A stretch of 64,000 nucleotides of DNA from the human T2T-CHM13v2.0 reference genome, Homo sapiens: assembly GCF_009914755.1 (NCBI RefSeq), contig NC_060925.1. One strand, given 5' to 3'. Of this stretch, positions 15,201 to 28,800 are shown piece after piece. The translations under genes and the position numbers were made by a program. Within the stretch, counting starts at the first letter, position 1. Every line of letters starts with the position of its first letter. The notes beneath the pieces are model-generated. The model was not told the origin of the DNA. It searched no databases and saw only the letters and a list, made by a program, of their open reading frames with translations.

Positions 15201-18200
15201 TGGAATCGAATGGTATCATTGAATGGAATCGAATGGAATCATCATCAGATGGAAAAGAATGGAATCGTCATAGAATGGAATCGAATGGATTCATTGAATG
15301 GAATCAGATGGAATCATCGAATGGACTGGAATGGAATCATTGAATGGACTCGAAAGGGATCATGATTGAATGGAATTGAATGGAATCATCGAATGGTCTC
15401 GATTGGAATCATTATCAAATGGAATCGAATGGAATCACCGAATAGAATCGAATGGAACAATCATCGAATGGACTCAAATGGAATTATCCTCAAATGGAAT
15501 CGAATGGAATTATCGAATGCAATCGAATGGAATTATCGAATGCAATCGAATAGAATCATCGAATGGACTCGACTGGAATCATCGAATGGAATGGAATGGA
15601 ACAGTCAATGAACTCGAATGGAATCATCATTGAATGGAATCGAATGGAATCATCGAGTGGAATCGAATGGAATTATGATCAAATGGAATCGAATGTAATC
15701 ATCATCAAATGGAATCAAAAATAACCATCATCAATTGGTACTGAATGGAATTGTCATCAAATGGAATTCAAAGGAATCATCATCAAATGGAACCGAATGG
15801 AATCCTCATTGAATGGAAATGAAAGGGGTCATCATCTAATGGAATCACATGGAATCATCATCAAATGGAATCGAATGGAATCATCATCAAATGGAATCTA
15901 ATGGAATCATTGAACAGAATTGAATGGAATCGTCATCGAATGAATTGAATACAATCATCGAATGGTCTCGAATGGAATCATCTTCTAATGGAAAGGAATG
16001 GAATCATCGCATAGAATCGAATGGAATTAACATTGAATGGACTCGAATGGAATCAACATCAAACGGAATCAAGCGGAATTATCGAATGTAATCGAAGAGA
16101 ACCATCGAATGGACTCGAATGGAATCATCTAATGGAATGGAATGGAATAATCCACGGACTCGAATGCAATCATCATCGTATAGAATCGAATGGAATCATC
16201 GAATGGACTCGAATGGGATAATCATTGAACGGAATCGAATGGAATCATCATCGGATGGAAATGAATGGAATTATCATCGAATGGAAATGAAAGGAGTCAT
16301 CATCTAATGGAATCGCATGGAATCATCATAAAATGGAATCGAATGGAATCAACATCAAATGGAATCAAATGGAATCATTGAACGGAATTGAATGGAATTG
16401 TCATCGAATGAATTGAATGCAATCATCGAATGGTCTCGAATGGAATCATCTTCAAATGGAATGGAATGGAATCATCGCATAGAATCGAATGGAATTATCA
16501 TCGAATGGAATCGAAAGGTATCAACATCAAACGGAAAAAAACGGAATTATCGAATGGAATCGAAGAGAATCATCGAACGGACCCGAATGGAATCATCTAA
16601 TGGAAAGGAATGGAATAATCCATGGACTCGAATCCAATCATCATCGAATGGAATCGAATGGAATCATTGAAAGGACTCTAATGGAATAATCATTGAACGG
16701 AATCGAATGGAATCATCATCGAATGGAAACTAATGGAATCATCATCGAATGGAAATGAAAGGAGTCATCTAATGGAATTGCACGGAATCAACATAAAATG
16801 GAATCGAATGGAATCAACATCAAATGGATTGAAATGGAATCATTGAACGGAATTGAATGGAATCTTCATCGAATGAATTGAATGCAATCATCGAATGGTC
16901 TCGAATGGAATCATCTTCAAATGGAATGGAATGGAATCATCGCATAGAATCGAATGGAATTATCATCGAATGGAATCGAATGGAATCAACATCAAACGGA
17001 AAAATCGGAATTATCGTATGGAATCGAAGAGAATCATCGAATGGACCCGAATGGAATCATCTAATGGAGTGGAATGGAATAATCCATGGACTCGAATGCA
17101 ATCATCATCGAATGGAATCGAATGGAATCATCGAATGGACTCCAATGGAATAATCATCGAACGGAATCGAATGGAGTCATCATCGGATGGAAATGAATGG
17201 AATCATCATCGAATGGAATCGAATAGAATTATGGAATGAAATCCAGTGTGATCATCATCGAATGGACCCGAATGGAATCATCATCCAACGGAAGCTAATG
17301 GAATCAACATCGAATGAATCGAATGGAAACACCATCGAATTGAAACGAATGGAATTATCATGAAATTGAAATGGATGGACTCATCATCGAATGGATTCGA
17401 ATGGAATCATCGAATAAAATTGATTGAAATCATCAACAAATGGAATCGAATGGTATCATTGAATGGAATCGAATGGAATCATCATCAGATGGAAATGAAT
17501 GGAATCGTCATAGAATGGAATCGAATGGATTCATTGAATGGAATCAGATGGAATCATCGAATGGACTGGAATGGAATCATTGAATGGACTCGAAAGGATT
17601 CATTATTGAATGGAATTGAATGGAATCATCGAATGGTCTCGATTGGAATCATTATCAAATGGAATCGAATGGAATCACAGAATAGAATCGAATGGAACAA
17701 TCATCGAATGGACTCAAATGGAATTATCCTCAAATGGAATCGAATAGAAATATCGAATGCAATCGAATGGAATTATCGAATGCAATCGAATGGAATTATC
17801 GAATGCAATCGAATAGAATCATCGAATGGACTCGAATGGAATCATCGAATGGAATGGAATGGAACAGTCAATGAACTCGAATGGAATCATCATTGAATGG
17901 AATCGAATGGAATCATCGAGTGGAATCGAATGGAATTATGATCAAATGGAATCGAATGTAATCATCATCAAATGGAATCAAAAATAACCATCATCAATTG
18001 GTATTGAATGGAATTCTCATCAAATGGAATTCAAAGGAATCATCATGAAATGGAACCGAATGGAATCCTCATTGAATGGAAATGAAAGGGGTCATCATCT
18101 AATGGAATCGCATGGAATCATCATCAAATGGAATCGAATGGAATCATCATCAAATGGAATCTAATGGAATCATTGAACAGAATTGAATGGAATCGTCATC

Positions 18201-21200
18201 GAATGAATTGAATGCAATCATCGAATGGTCTCGAATGGAATCATCTTCTAATGGAAAGGAATGGAATCACCGCATAGAATCGAATGGAATTAACATTGAA
18301 TGGACTCGAATGGAATCCACATCAAACGGAATCAAGCGGAATTATCGAATGGAATCGAAGAGAGTCATCGAATGGACTCGAATGGAATCATCTAATGGAA
18401 TGGAATGGAATAATCCACGGACTCGAATGCAATCATCATCGTATAGAATCGAATGGAATCATTGAATGGACTCGAATGGAATAATCATTGAACGGAATCA
18501 AATGGAATCATCATCGGATGGAAACGAATGGAATCATCATCGAATGGAAAAGAAAAGAGTCATCATCTAATGGAATTGCATGGAATCATCATAAAATGGA
18601 ATCGAATGGAATCAACATCAAATGGAATCAAATGGAATCATTGAACGGAATTAAATGGAATCGTCATCGAATGAATTGAATGCAATCATCGAATGGTCTC
18701 GAATGGAAACATCTTCTAATGGAAAGTAATGGAATCATCGCATAGAATCGAATGGAATTAAAATTGAATGGACTCGAATGGAATCAACATCAAACGGAAA
18801 AAAACGGAAATATCGAATGGAATCGAAGAGAATCATCGAATGGACCCGAATGGAATCATCTAATGGAATGGAATGGAATAATCCATGGACTCGAATGCAA
18901 TCATCATCGAATGGAATCGAATCGAATCATCAAATGGACTCGAATGGAATAATCATTGAAAGGAATCGCATGGAGTCATCATCGGATGGAACTGAGTGGA
19001 ATCATCATCGAATGGAATCGAATAGAATTATGGAATGAAATCCAGTGTGATCATCATCGAACGGACCCGAATGGAATCATCATCCAACGGAAGCTAATGT
19101 AATCAACATCGAATGAATCGAATGGAAACACCATCGAATTGAAACGAGTGGAATTATCATGAAATTGAAATGGATGGACTCATCATCGAATGGATTCGAA
19201 TGGAATCATCGAATAAAATTGATTGAAATCATCATCCAATGGAATCGAATGGTATCATTGAATGGAATCGAATGGAATCATCATCAGATGGAAATGAATG
19301 GAATCGTCATAGAATGGAATCGAATGGATTCATTGAATGGAATCAGATGGAATCATCGAATGGACTGGAATGGAATCATTGAATGGACTCGAGAGGGATC
19401 ATTATTGAATGGAATTGAATGGAATCATGGAATGGTCTCGATTGGAATCATTATCAAATGGAATCGAATGGAATCACCGAATAGAATCGAATGGAACAAT
19501 CATCGAATGGACTCCAATGGAATTATCCTCAAATGGAATCGAATGGAATTATCGAATGCAATCGAATGGAATTATCGAATGCAATCGAATAGAATCATCG
19601 AATGGACTCAAATGGAATCATCGAATGGAATGGAATGGAACAGTCAATGAACTCGAATGGAATCATCATTGAATGGAATCGAATGGAATCATCGAGTGGA
19701 ATCGAATGGAATTATGATCAAATGGAATCGAATGTAATCATCATCAAATGGAATCAAAGATAACCATCATCAATTGGTATTGAATGGAATTGTCATCAAA
19801 TGGAATTCAAAGGAATCATCACCAAATGGAACCGAAAGGAATCCTCATTGAATGGAAATGAAAGGGGTCATCATCTAATGGAATCGCATGGAATCATCAT
19901 CAAATGGAATCGAATGGAATCATCATCAGATGGAATCTAATGGAATCATTGAACAGAATTGAATGGAATCGTCATCGAATGAATTGAATGCAATCATCGA
20001 ATGGTCTCGAATGGAATCATCTTCTAATGGAAAGGAACGGAATCATCGCATAGAATCGAATGGAATTAACATTGAATGGACTCGAATGGAATCAACATCA
20101 AACGGAATCAAGCGGAATTATCGAATGGAATCGAACAGAATCATCGAATGGACTCGAATGGAATCATCTAATGGAATGGAATGGAATAATCCACAGACTC
20201 GAATGCAACCACCATCGTATAGAATCGAATGGAAACATCGAATGGAATCATCGAATGGACTCGAATTGAATAATCATTGAACGGAATCGAATGGAATCAT
20301 CATCGGATGGAAACGAATGGAATCATCATCGAATGGAAATGAAAGGAGTCATCTAATGGAATTGCACGGAATCATCATCAAATGGAATCGAATGGAATCA
20401 ACATCAAATGGAATCAAATGGAATCATTGAACGGAATTGAATGGAATCGTCATCGAATGAATTGAATGCAATCATCGAATGGTCTCGAATGGAATCATCT
20501 TCAAATGGAATGGAATGGAATCATCGCATAGAATCGAATGGAATTATCATCGAATGGAATCGAATGGAATCAACATCAAACGGAAAAAAACGGAATTATC
20601 GAATGGAATCGAAGAGAATCATCGAATGGACCCGAATGGAATCATCTAATGGAATGGAATGGAATAATCCATGGACTCGAATGCAATCATCATCGAATGG
20701 AATCGAATGGAATCATCGAATGGACTCGAATGGAATAATCATTGAACGGAATCGAATGGAATCATCATCGGATGGAAATGAATGGAATCATCATCGAATG
20801 GAATCGAATAGAATTATGGAATGAAATCCAGTGTGATCATCATCGAATGGACCCGAATGGAATCATCATCCAACGGAAGCTAATGGAATCAACATCGAAT
20901 GAATCGAATGGAAACACCATCGAATTGAAACGAATGGAATTATCATGAAATTGAAATGGATGGACTCATCATCGAATGGATTCGAATGGAATCATCGAAT
21001 AAAATTGATTGAAATCATCATCCAATGGAATCGAATGGTATCATTGAATGGAATCGAATGGAATCATCATCAGATGGAAAAGAATGGAATCGTCATAGAA
21101 TGGAATCGAATGGATTCATTGAATGGAATCAGATGGAATCATCGAATGGACTGGAATGGAATCATTGAATGGACTCGAAAGGGATCATGATTGAATGGAA

Positions 21201-24200
21201 TTGAATGGAATCATCGAATGGTCTCGATTGGAATCATTATCAAATGGAATCGAATGGAATCACCGAATAGAATCGAATGGAACAATCATCGAATGGACTC
21301 AAATGGAATTATCCTCAAATGGAATCGAATGGAATTATCGAATGCAATCGAATGGAATTATCGAATGCAATCGAATAGAATCATCGAATGGACTCGACTG
21401 GAATCATCGAATGGAATGGAATGGAACAGTCAATGAACTCGAATGGAATCATCATTGAATGGAATAGAATGGAATCATCGAGTGGAATCGAATGGAATTA
21501 TGATCAAATGGAATCGAATGTAATCATCATCAAATGGAATCAAAAATAACCATCATCAATTGGTACTGAATGGAATTGTCATCAAATGGAATTCAAAGGA
21601 ATCATCATCAAATGGAACCGAATGGAATCCTCATTGAATGGAAATGAAAGGGGTCATCATCTAATGGAATCACATGGAATCATCATCAAATGGAATCGAA
21701 TGGAATCATCATCAAATGGAATCTAATGGAATCATTGAACAGAATTGAATGGAATCGTCATCGAATGAATTGAATACAATCATCGAATGGTCTCGAATGG
21801 AATCATCTTCTAATGGAAAGGAATGGAATCATCGCATAGAATCGAATGGAATTAACATTGAATGGACTCGAATGGAATCAACATCAAACGGAATCAAGCG
21901 GAATTATCGAATGTAATCGAAGAGAACCATCGAATGGACTCGAATGGAATCATCTAATGGAATGGAATGGAATAATCCACGGACTCGAATGCAATCATCA
22001 TCGTATAGAATCGAATGGAAACATCGAATGGAATCATCGAATGGACTCGAATGGAATAATCATTGAACGGAATCGAATGGAATCATCATCGGATGGAAAT
22101 GAATGGAATTATCATCGAATGGAAATGAAAGGAGTCATCATCTAATGGAATCGCATGGAATCATCATAAAATGGAATCGAATGGAATCAACATCAAATGG
22201 AATCAAATGGAATCATTGAACGGAATTGAATGGAATTGTCATCGAATGAATTGAATGCAATCATCGAATGGTCTCGAATGGAATCATCTTCAAATGGAAT
22301 GGAATGGAATCATCGCATAGAATCGAATGGAATTATCATCGAATGGAATCGAAAGGTATCAACATCAAACGGAAAAAAACGGAATTATCGAATGGAATCG
22401 AAGAGAATCATCGAACGGACCCGAATGGAATCATCTAATGGAAAGGAATGGAATAATCCATGGACTCGAATCCAATCATCATCGAATGGAATCGAATGGA
22501 ATCATTGAAAGGACTCTAATGGAATAATCATTGAACGGAATCGAATGGAATCATCATCGAATGGAAACTAATGGAATCATCATCGAATGGAAATGAAAGG
22601 AGTCATCTAATGGAATTGCACGGAATCAACATAAAATGGAATCGAATGGAATCAACATCAAATGGAATGAAATGGAATCATTGAACGGAATTGAATGGAA
22701 TCTTCATCGAATGAATTGAATGCAATCATCGAATGGTCTCGAATGGAATCATCTTCAAATGGAATGGAATGGAATCATCGCATAGAATCGAATGGAATTA
22801 TCATCGAATGGAATCGAATGGAATCAACATCAAACGGAAAAATCGGAATTATCGTATGGAATCGAAGAGAATCATCGAATGGACCCGAATGGAATCATCT
22901 AATGGAGTGGAATGGAATAATCCATGGACTCGAATGCAATCATCATCGAATGGAATCGAATGGAATCATCGAATGGACTCCAATGGAATAATCATCGAAC
23001 GGAATCGAATGGAGTCATCATCGGATGGAAATGAATGGAATCATCATCGAATGCAATCGAATAGAATTATGGAATGAAATCCAGTGTGATCATCATCGAA
23101 TGGACCCGAATGGAATCATCATCCAACGGAAGCTAATGGAATCAACATCGAATGAATCGAATGGAAACACCATCGAATTGAAACGAATGGAATTATCATG
23201 AAATTGAAATGGATGGACTCATCATCGAATGGATTCGAATGGAATCATCGAATAAAATTGATTGAAATCATCAACAAATGGAATCGAATGGTATCATTGA
23301 ATGGAATCGAATGGAATCATCATCAGATGGAAATGAATGGAATCGTCATAGAATGGAATCGAATGGATTCATTGAATGGAATCAGATGGAATCATCGAAT
23401 GGACTGGAATGGAATCATTGAATGGACTCGAAAGGATTCATTATTGAATGGAATTGAATGGAATCATCGAATGGTCTCGATTGGAATCATTATCAAATGG
23501 AATCGAATGGAATCACAGAATAGAATCGAATGGAACAATCATCGAATGGACTCAAATGGAATTATCCTCAAATGGAATCGAATGGAAATATCGAATGCAA
23601 TCGAATGGAATTATCGAATGCAATCGAATAGAATCATCGAATGGACTCGAATGGAATCATCAAATGGAATGGAATGGAACAGTCAATGAACTCGAATGGA
23701 ATCATCATTGAATGGAATCGAATGGAATCATCGAGTGGAATCGAATGGAATTATGATCAAATGGAATCGAATGTAATCATCATCAAATGGAATCAAAAAT
23801 AACCATCATGAATTGGTATTGAATGGAATTCTCATCAAATGGAATTCAAAGGAATCATCATCAAATGGAACCGAATGGAATCCTCATTGAATGGAAATGA
23901 AAGGGGTCATCATCTAATGGAATCGCATGGAATCATCATCAAATGGAATCGAATGGAATCATCATCAAATGGAATCTAATGGAATCATTGAACAGAATTG
24001 AATGGAATCGTCATCGAATGAATTGAATGCAATCATCGAATGGTCTCGAATGGAATCATCTTCTAATGGAAAGGAATGGAATCACCGCATAGAATCGAAT
24101 GGAATTAACATTGAATGGACTCGAATGGAATCCACATCAAACGGAATCAAGCGGAATTATCGAATGGAATCGAAGAGAGTCATCGAATGGACTCGAATGG

Positions 24201-27200
24201 AATCATCTAATGGAATGGAATGGAATAATCCACGGACTCGAATGCAATCATCATCGTATAGAATCGAATGGAATCATTGAATGGACTCGAATGGAATAAT
24301 CATTGAACGGAATCAAATGGAATCATCATCGGATGGAAACGAATGGAATCATCATCGAATGGAAAAGAAAAGAGTCATCATCTAATGGAATTGCATGGAA
24401 TCATCATAAAATGGAATCGAATGGAATCAACATCAAATGGAATCAAATGGAATCATTGAACGGAATTAAATGGAATCGTCATCGAATGAATTGAATGCAA
24501 TCATCGAATGGTCTCGAATGGAAACATCTTCTAATGCAAAGTAATGGAATCATCGCATAGAATCGAATGGAATTAAAATTGAATGGACTCGAATGGAATC
24601 AACATCAAACGGAAAAAAACGGAAATATCGAATGGAATCGAAGAGAATCATCGAATGGACCCGAATGGAATCATCTAATGGAATGGAATGGAATAATCCA
24701 TGGACTCGAATGCAATCATCATCGAATGGAATCGAATGGAATCATCGAATGGACTCGAATGGAATAATCATTGAACGGAATCGAATGGAATCATCATTGG
24801 ATGGAAACGAATGGAATCATCATCGAATTGAAATGAAAGGAGTCATGTAATGGAATTACATGGAATCATCATAAAATGGAATCGAATGGAATCAACATCA
24901 AATGGAATCCAATGGAATCATTGAACGGAATTGAATGAATCGTCATTGAATCAATTGAATACAATCATCGAATGGTCTCGAATGGAATCATGTTCAAATG
25001 GAATGGAATGGAATCATCGCATAGAATCGAATGTAATTATCATCGAATGGAATCGAATGAAATCAACAACAAACGGAAAAAAAAGGATTTACCGAATGGA
25101 ATCAAAGAGAATCATCGAATGGACCCGAATGGAATCATCTAATGGAATGGAATGGAATAATCCATGGACTCGAATGCAATCATCATCGAATGGAATCGAA
25201 TGGAATCATCGAATGGACTCGAATGGAATAATCATTGAACGGAATCGAATGGAATCATCATCGGATGGAAATGAATGGAATCATCATCGAATGGAATCGA
25301 ATAGAATTATGGAATGAAATCCAGTGTGATCATCATCGAATGGACCCGAATGGAATCATCATCCAACGGAATCTAATGGAAACAACATCGAATGAATCGA
25401 ATGGAAACACCATCGAATTGAAACGAGTGGAATTATCATGAAATTGAAATGGATGGACTCATCATCGAATGGATTCGAATGGAATCATCGAATAAAATTG
25501 ATTGAAATCATCATCAAATGGAATCGAATGGTATCATTGAATGGAATCGAATGGAATCATCATCAGATGGAAATGAATGGAATCGTCATAGAATGGAATC
25601 GAATGGATTCATTGAATGGAATCAGATGGAATCATCGAATGGACTGGAATGGAATCATTGAATGGACTCGAGAGAGATCATTATTGAATGGAATTGAATG
25701 GAATCATGGAATGGTCTCGATTGGAATCATTATCAAATGGAATCGAATGGAATCACCGAATAGAATCGAATGGAACAATCATCGAATGGACTCCAATGGA
25801 ATTATCTTCAAATGGAATCGAATGGAATTATCGAATGCAATCGAATGGAATTATCGAATGCAATCGAATAGAATCATCGAATGGACTCGAATGGAATCAT
25901 CGAATGGAATGGAATGGAACAGTCAATGAACTCGAATGGAATCATCATTGAATGGAATCGAATGGAATCATCGAGTGGAATCGAATGGAATTATGATCAA
26001 ATGGAATCGAATGTAATCATCATCAAATGGAATCAAAGATAACCATCATCAATTGGTATTGAATGGAATTGTCATCAAATGGAATTCAAAGGAATCATCA
26101 CCAAATGGAACCGAAAGGAATCCTCATTGAATGGAAATGAAAGGGGTCATCATCTAATGGAATCGCATGGAATCATCATCAAACGGAATCGAATGGAATC
26201 ATCATCAGATGGAATCTAATGGAATCATTGAACAGAATTGAATGGAATCGTCATCGAATGAATTGAATGCAATCATCGAATGGTCTCGAATGGAATCATC
26301 TTCTAATGGAAAGGAATGGAATCATCGCATAGAATCGAATGGAATTAACATTGAATGGACTCGAATGGAATCAACATCAAACGGAATCAAGCGGAATTAT
26401 CGAATGGAATCGAAGAGAATCATCGAATGGACTCGAATGGAATCATCTAATGGAATGGAATGGAATAATCCACGGACTCGAATGCAACCACCATCGTATA
26501 GAATCGAATGGAAACGTCGAATGGAATCATCGAATGGACTCGAATGGAATAATCATTGAACGGAATCGAATGGAATCATCATCGGATGGAAACGGATGGA
26601 ATCATCATCGAATGGAAATGAAAGGAGTCATCTAATGGAATTGCATGGAATCATCAACAAATGGAATCGAATGGAATCAACATCAAATGGAATCAAATGG
26701 AATCATTGAACGGAATTGAATGGAATCGTCATCGAATGAATTGAATGCAATCATCGAATGGTCTCGAATGGAATCATCTTCAAATGGAATGGAATGGAAT
26801 CATCGCATAGAATCGAATGGAATTATCATCGAATGGAATCGAATGGAATCAACATCAAACGGAAAAAAACGGAATTATCGAATGGAATCGAAGAGAATCA
26901 TCGAATGGACCCGAATGGAATCATCTAATGGAATGGAATGGAATAATCCATGGACTCGAATGCAATCATCATCGAATGGAATCGAATGGAATCATCGAAT
27001 GGACTCGAATGGAATAATCATTGAACGGAATCGAATGGAATCATCATCGGATGGAAATGAATGGAATCATCATCGAATGGAATCGAATAGAATTATGGAA
27101 TGAAATCCAGTGTGATCATCATCGAATGGACCCGAATGGAATCATCATCCAACGGAAGCTAATGGAATCAACATCGAATGAATCGAATGGAAACACCATC

Positions 27201-28800
27201 GAATTGAAACGAATGGAATTATCATGAAATTGAAATGGATGGACTCATCATCGAATGGATTCGAATGGAATCATCGAATAAAATTGATTGAAATCATCAT
27301 CCAATGGAATCGAATGGTATCATTGAATGGAATCGAATGGAATCATCATCAGATGGAAAAGAATGGAATCGTCATAGAATGGAATCGAATGGATTCATTG
27401 AATGGAATCAGATGGAATCATCGAATGGACTGGAATGGAATCATTGAATGGACTCGAAAGGGATCATGATTGAATGGAATTGAACGGAATCATCGAATGG
27501 TCTCGATTGGAATCATTATCAAATGGAATCGAATGGAATCACCGAATAGAATCGAATGGAACAAGCATCGAATGGACTCAAATGGAATTATCCTCAAATG
27601 GAATCGAATGGAATTATCGAATGCAATCGAATGGAATCATCGAATGCAATCGAATAGAATCATCGAATGGACTCGAATGGAATCATCGAATGGAATGGAA
27701 TGGAACAGTCAATGAACTCGAATGGAATCATCATTGAATGGAATCGAATGGAATCATCGAGTGGAATCGAATGGAATTATGATCAAATGGAATCGAATGT
27801 AATCATCATCAAATGGAATCAAAAATAACCATCATCAATTGGTATTGAATGGAATTGTCATCAAATGGAATTCAAAGGAATCATCATCAAATGGAACCGA
27901 ATGGAATCCTCATTGAATGGAAATGAAAGGGGTCATCATCTAATGGAATCACATGGAATCATCATCAAATGGAATCGAATGGAATCATCATCAAATGGAA
28001 TCTAATGGAATCATTGAACAGAATTGAATGGAATCGTCATCGAATGAATTGAATACAATCATCGAATGGTCTCGAATGCAATCATCTTCTAATGGAAAGG
28101 AATGGAACCATCGCATAGAATCGAATGGAATTAACATTGAATGGACTCGAATGGAATCAACATCAAACGGAATCAAGCGGAATTATCGAATGTAATCGAA
28201 GAGAACCATCGAATGGACTCGAATGGAATCATCTAATGGAATGGAATGGAATAATCCACGGACTCGAATGCAATCATCATCGTATAGAATCGAATGGAAT
28301 CATTGAATGGACTCGAATGGAATAATCATTGAACGGAATCGAATGGAATCATCATCGGATGGAAACGAATGGAATTATCATCCAATTTAAATGAAAGGAG
28401 TCATCATCTAATGGAATCGCATGGAATCATCATAAAATGGAATCGAATGGAATCAACATCAAATGGAATCAAATGGAATCATTGAACGGAATTGAATGGA
28501 ATCGTCATCGAATGAATTGAATGCAATCATCGAATGGTCTCGAATGGAATCATCTTCAAATGGAATGGAATGGAATCATCGCATAGAATCGAATGGAATT
28601 ATCATCGAATGGAATCGAAAGGTATCAACATCAAACGGAAAAAAACGGAATTATCGAATGGAATCGAAGAGAATCATCGAACGGACTCGAATGGAATCAT
28701 CTAATGGAAAGGAATGGAATAATCCATGGACTCGAATCCAATCATCATCGAATGGAATCGAATGGAATCATTGAAAGGACTCTAATGGAATAATCATTGA
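9295..28800 (+). repeat. 5825-bp super-repeat (2240+1799+1786 bp units): two near-identical copies, a third rearranged 6279-bp copy and a partial fourth
   Basis: Landmarks 9295/15120/20945 (+5825, +5825), then 27224 (+6279). Shared variants include ggaaaagaat (~9426, 15251, 21076, 27355), atcaacaaatgg, an extra GAATTC (12186, 18011, 23826) and caaccaccat (14381, 20206, 26485). Confidence 0.9.
11920..11990 (+). repeat. 23-bp monomer (gaatgcaatcgaatggaattatc) expanded to 3 copies
   Basis: Three gaatgcaatc motifs here and at ~17745-17815, versus two in canonical units and one at ~8480. This accounts for the 1799-bp units. Confidence 0.88.

Noticed and set aside
27991-28176. Only minus-strand ORF; possible inversion
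   Set aside because: The local sequence is still GGAAT-oriented. A point change (ggaacca) removes a minus-strand stop. No strand switch is seen anywhere in the window.
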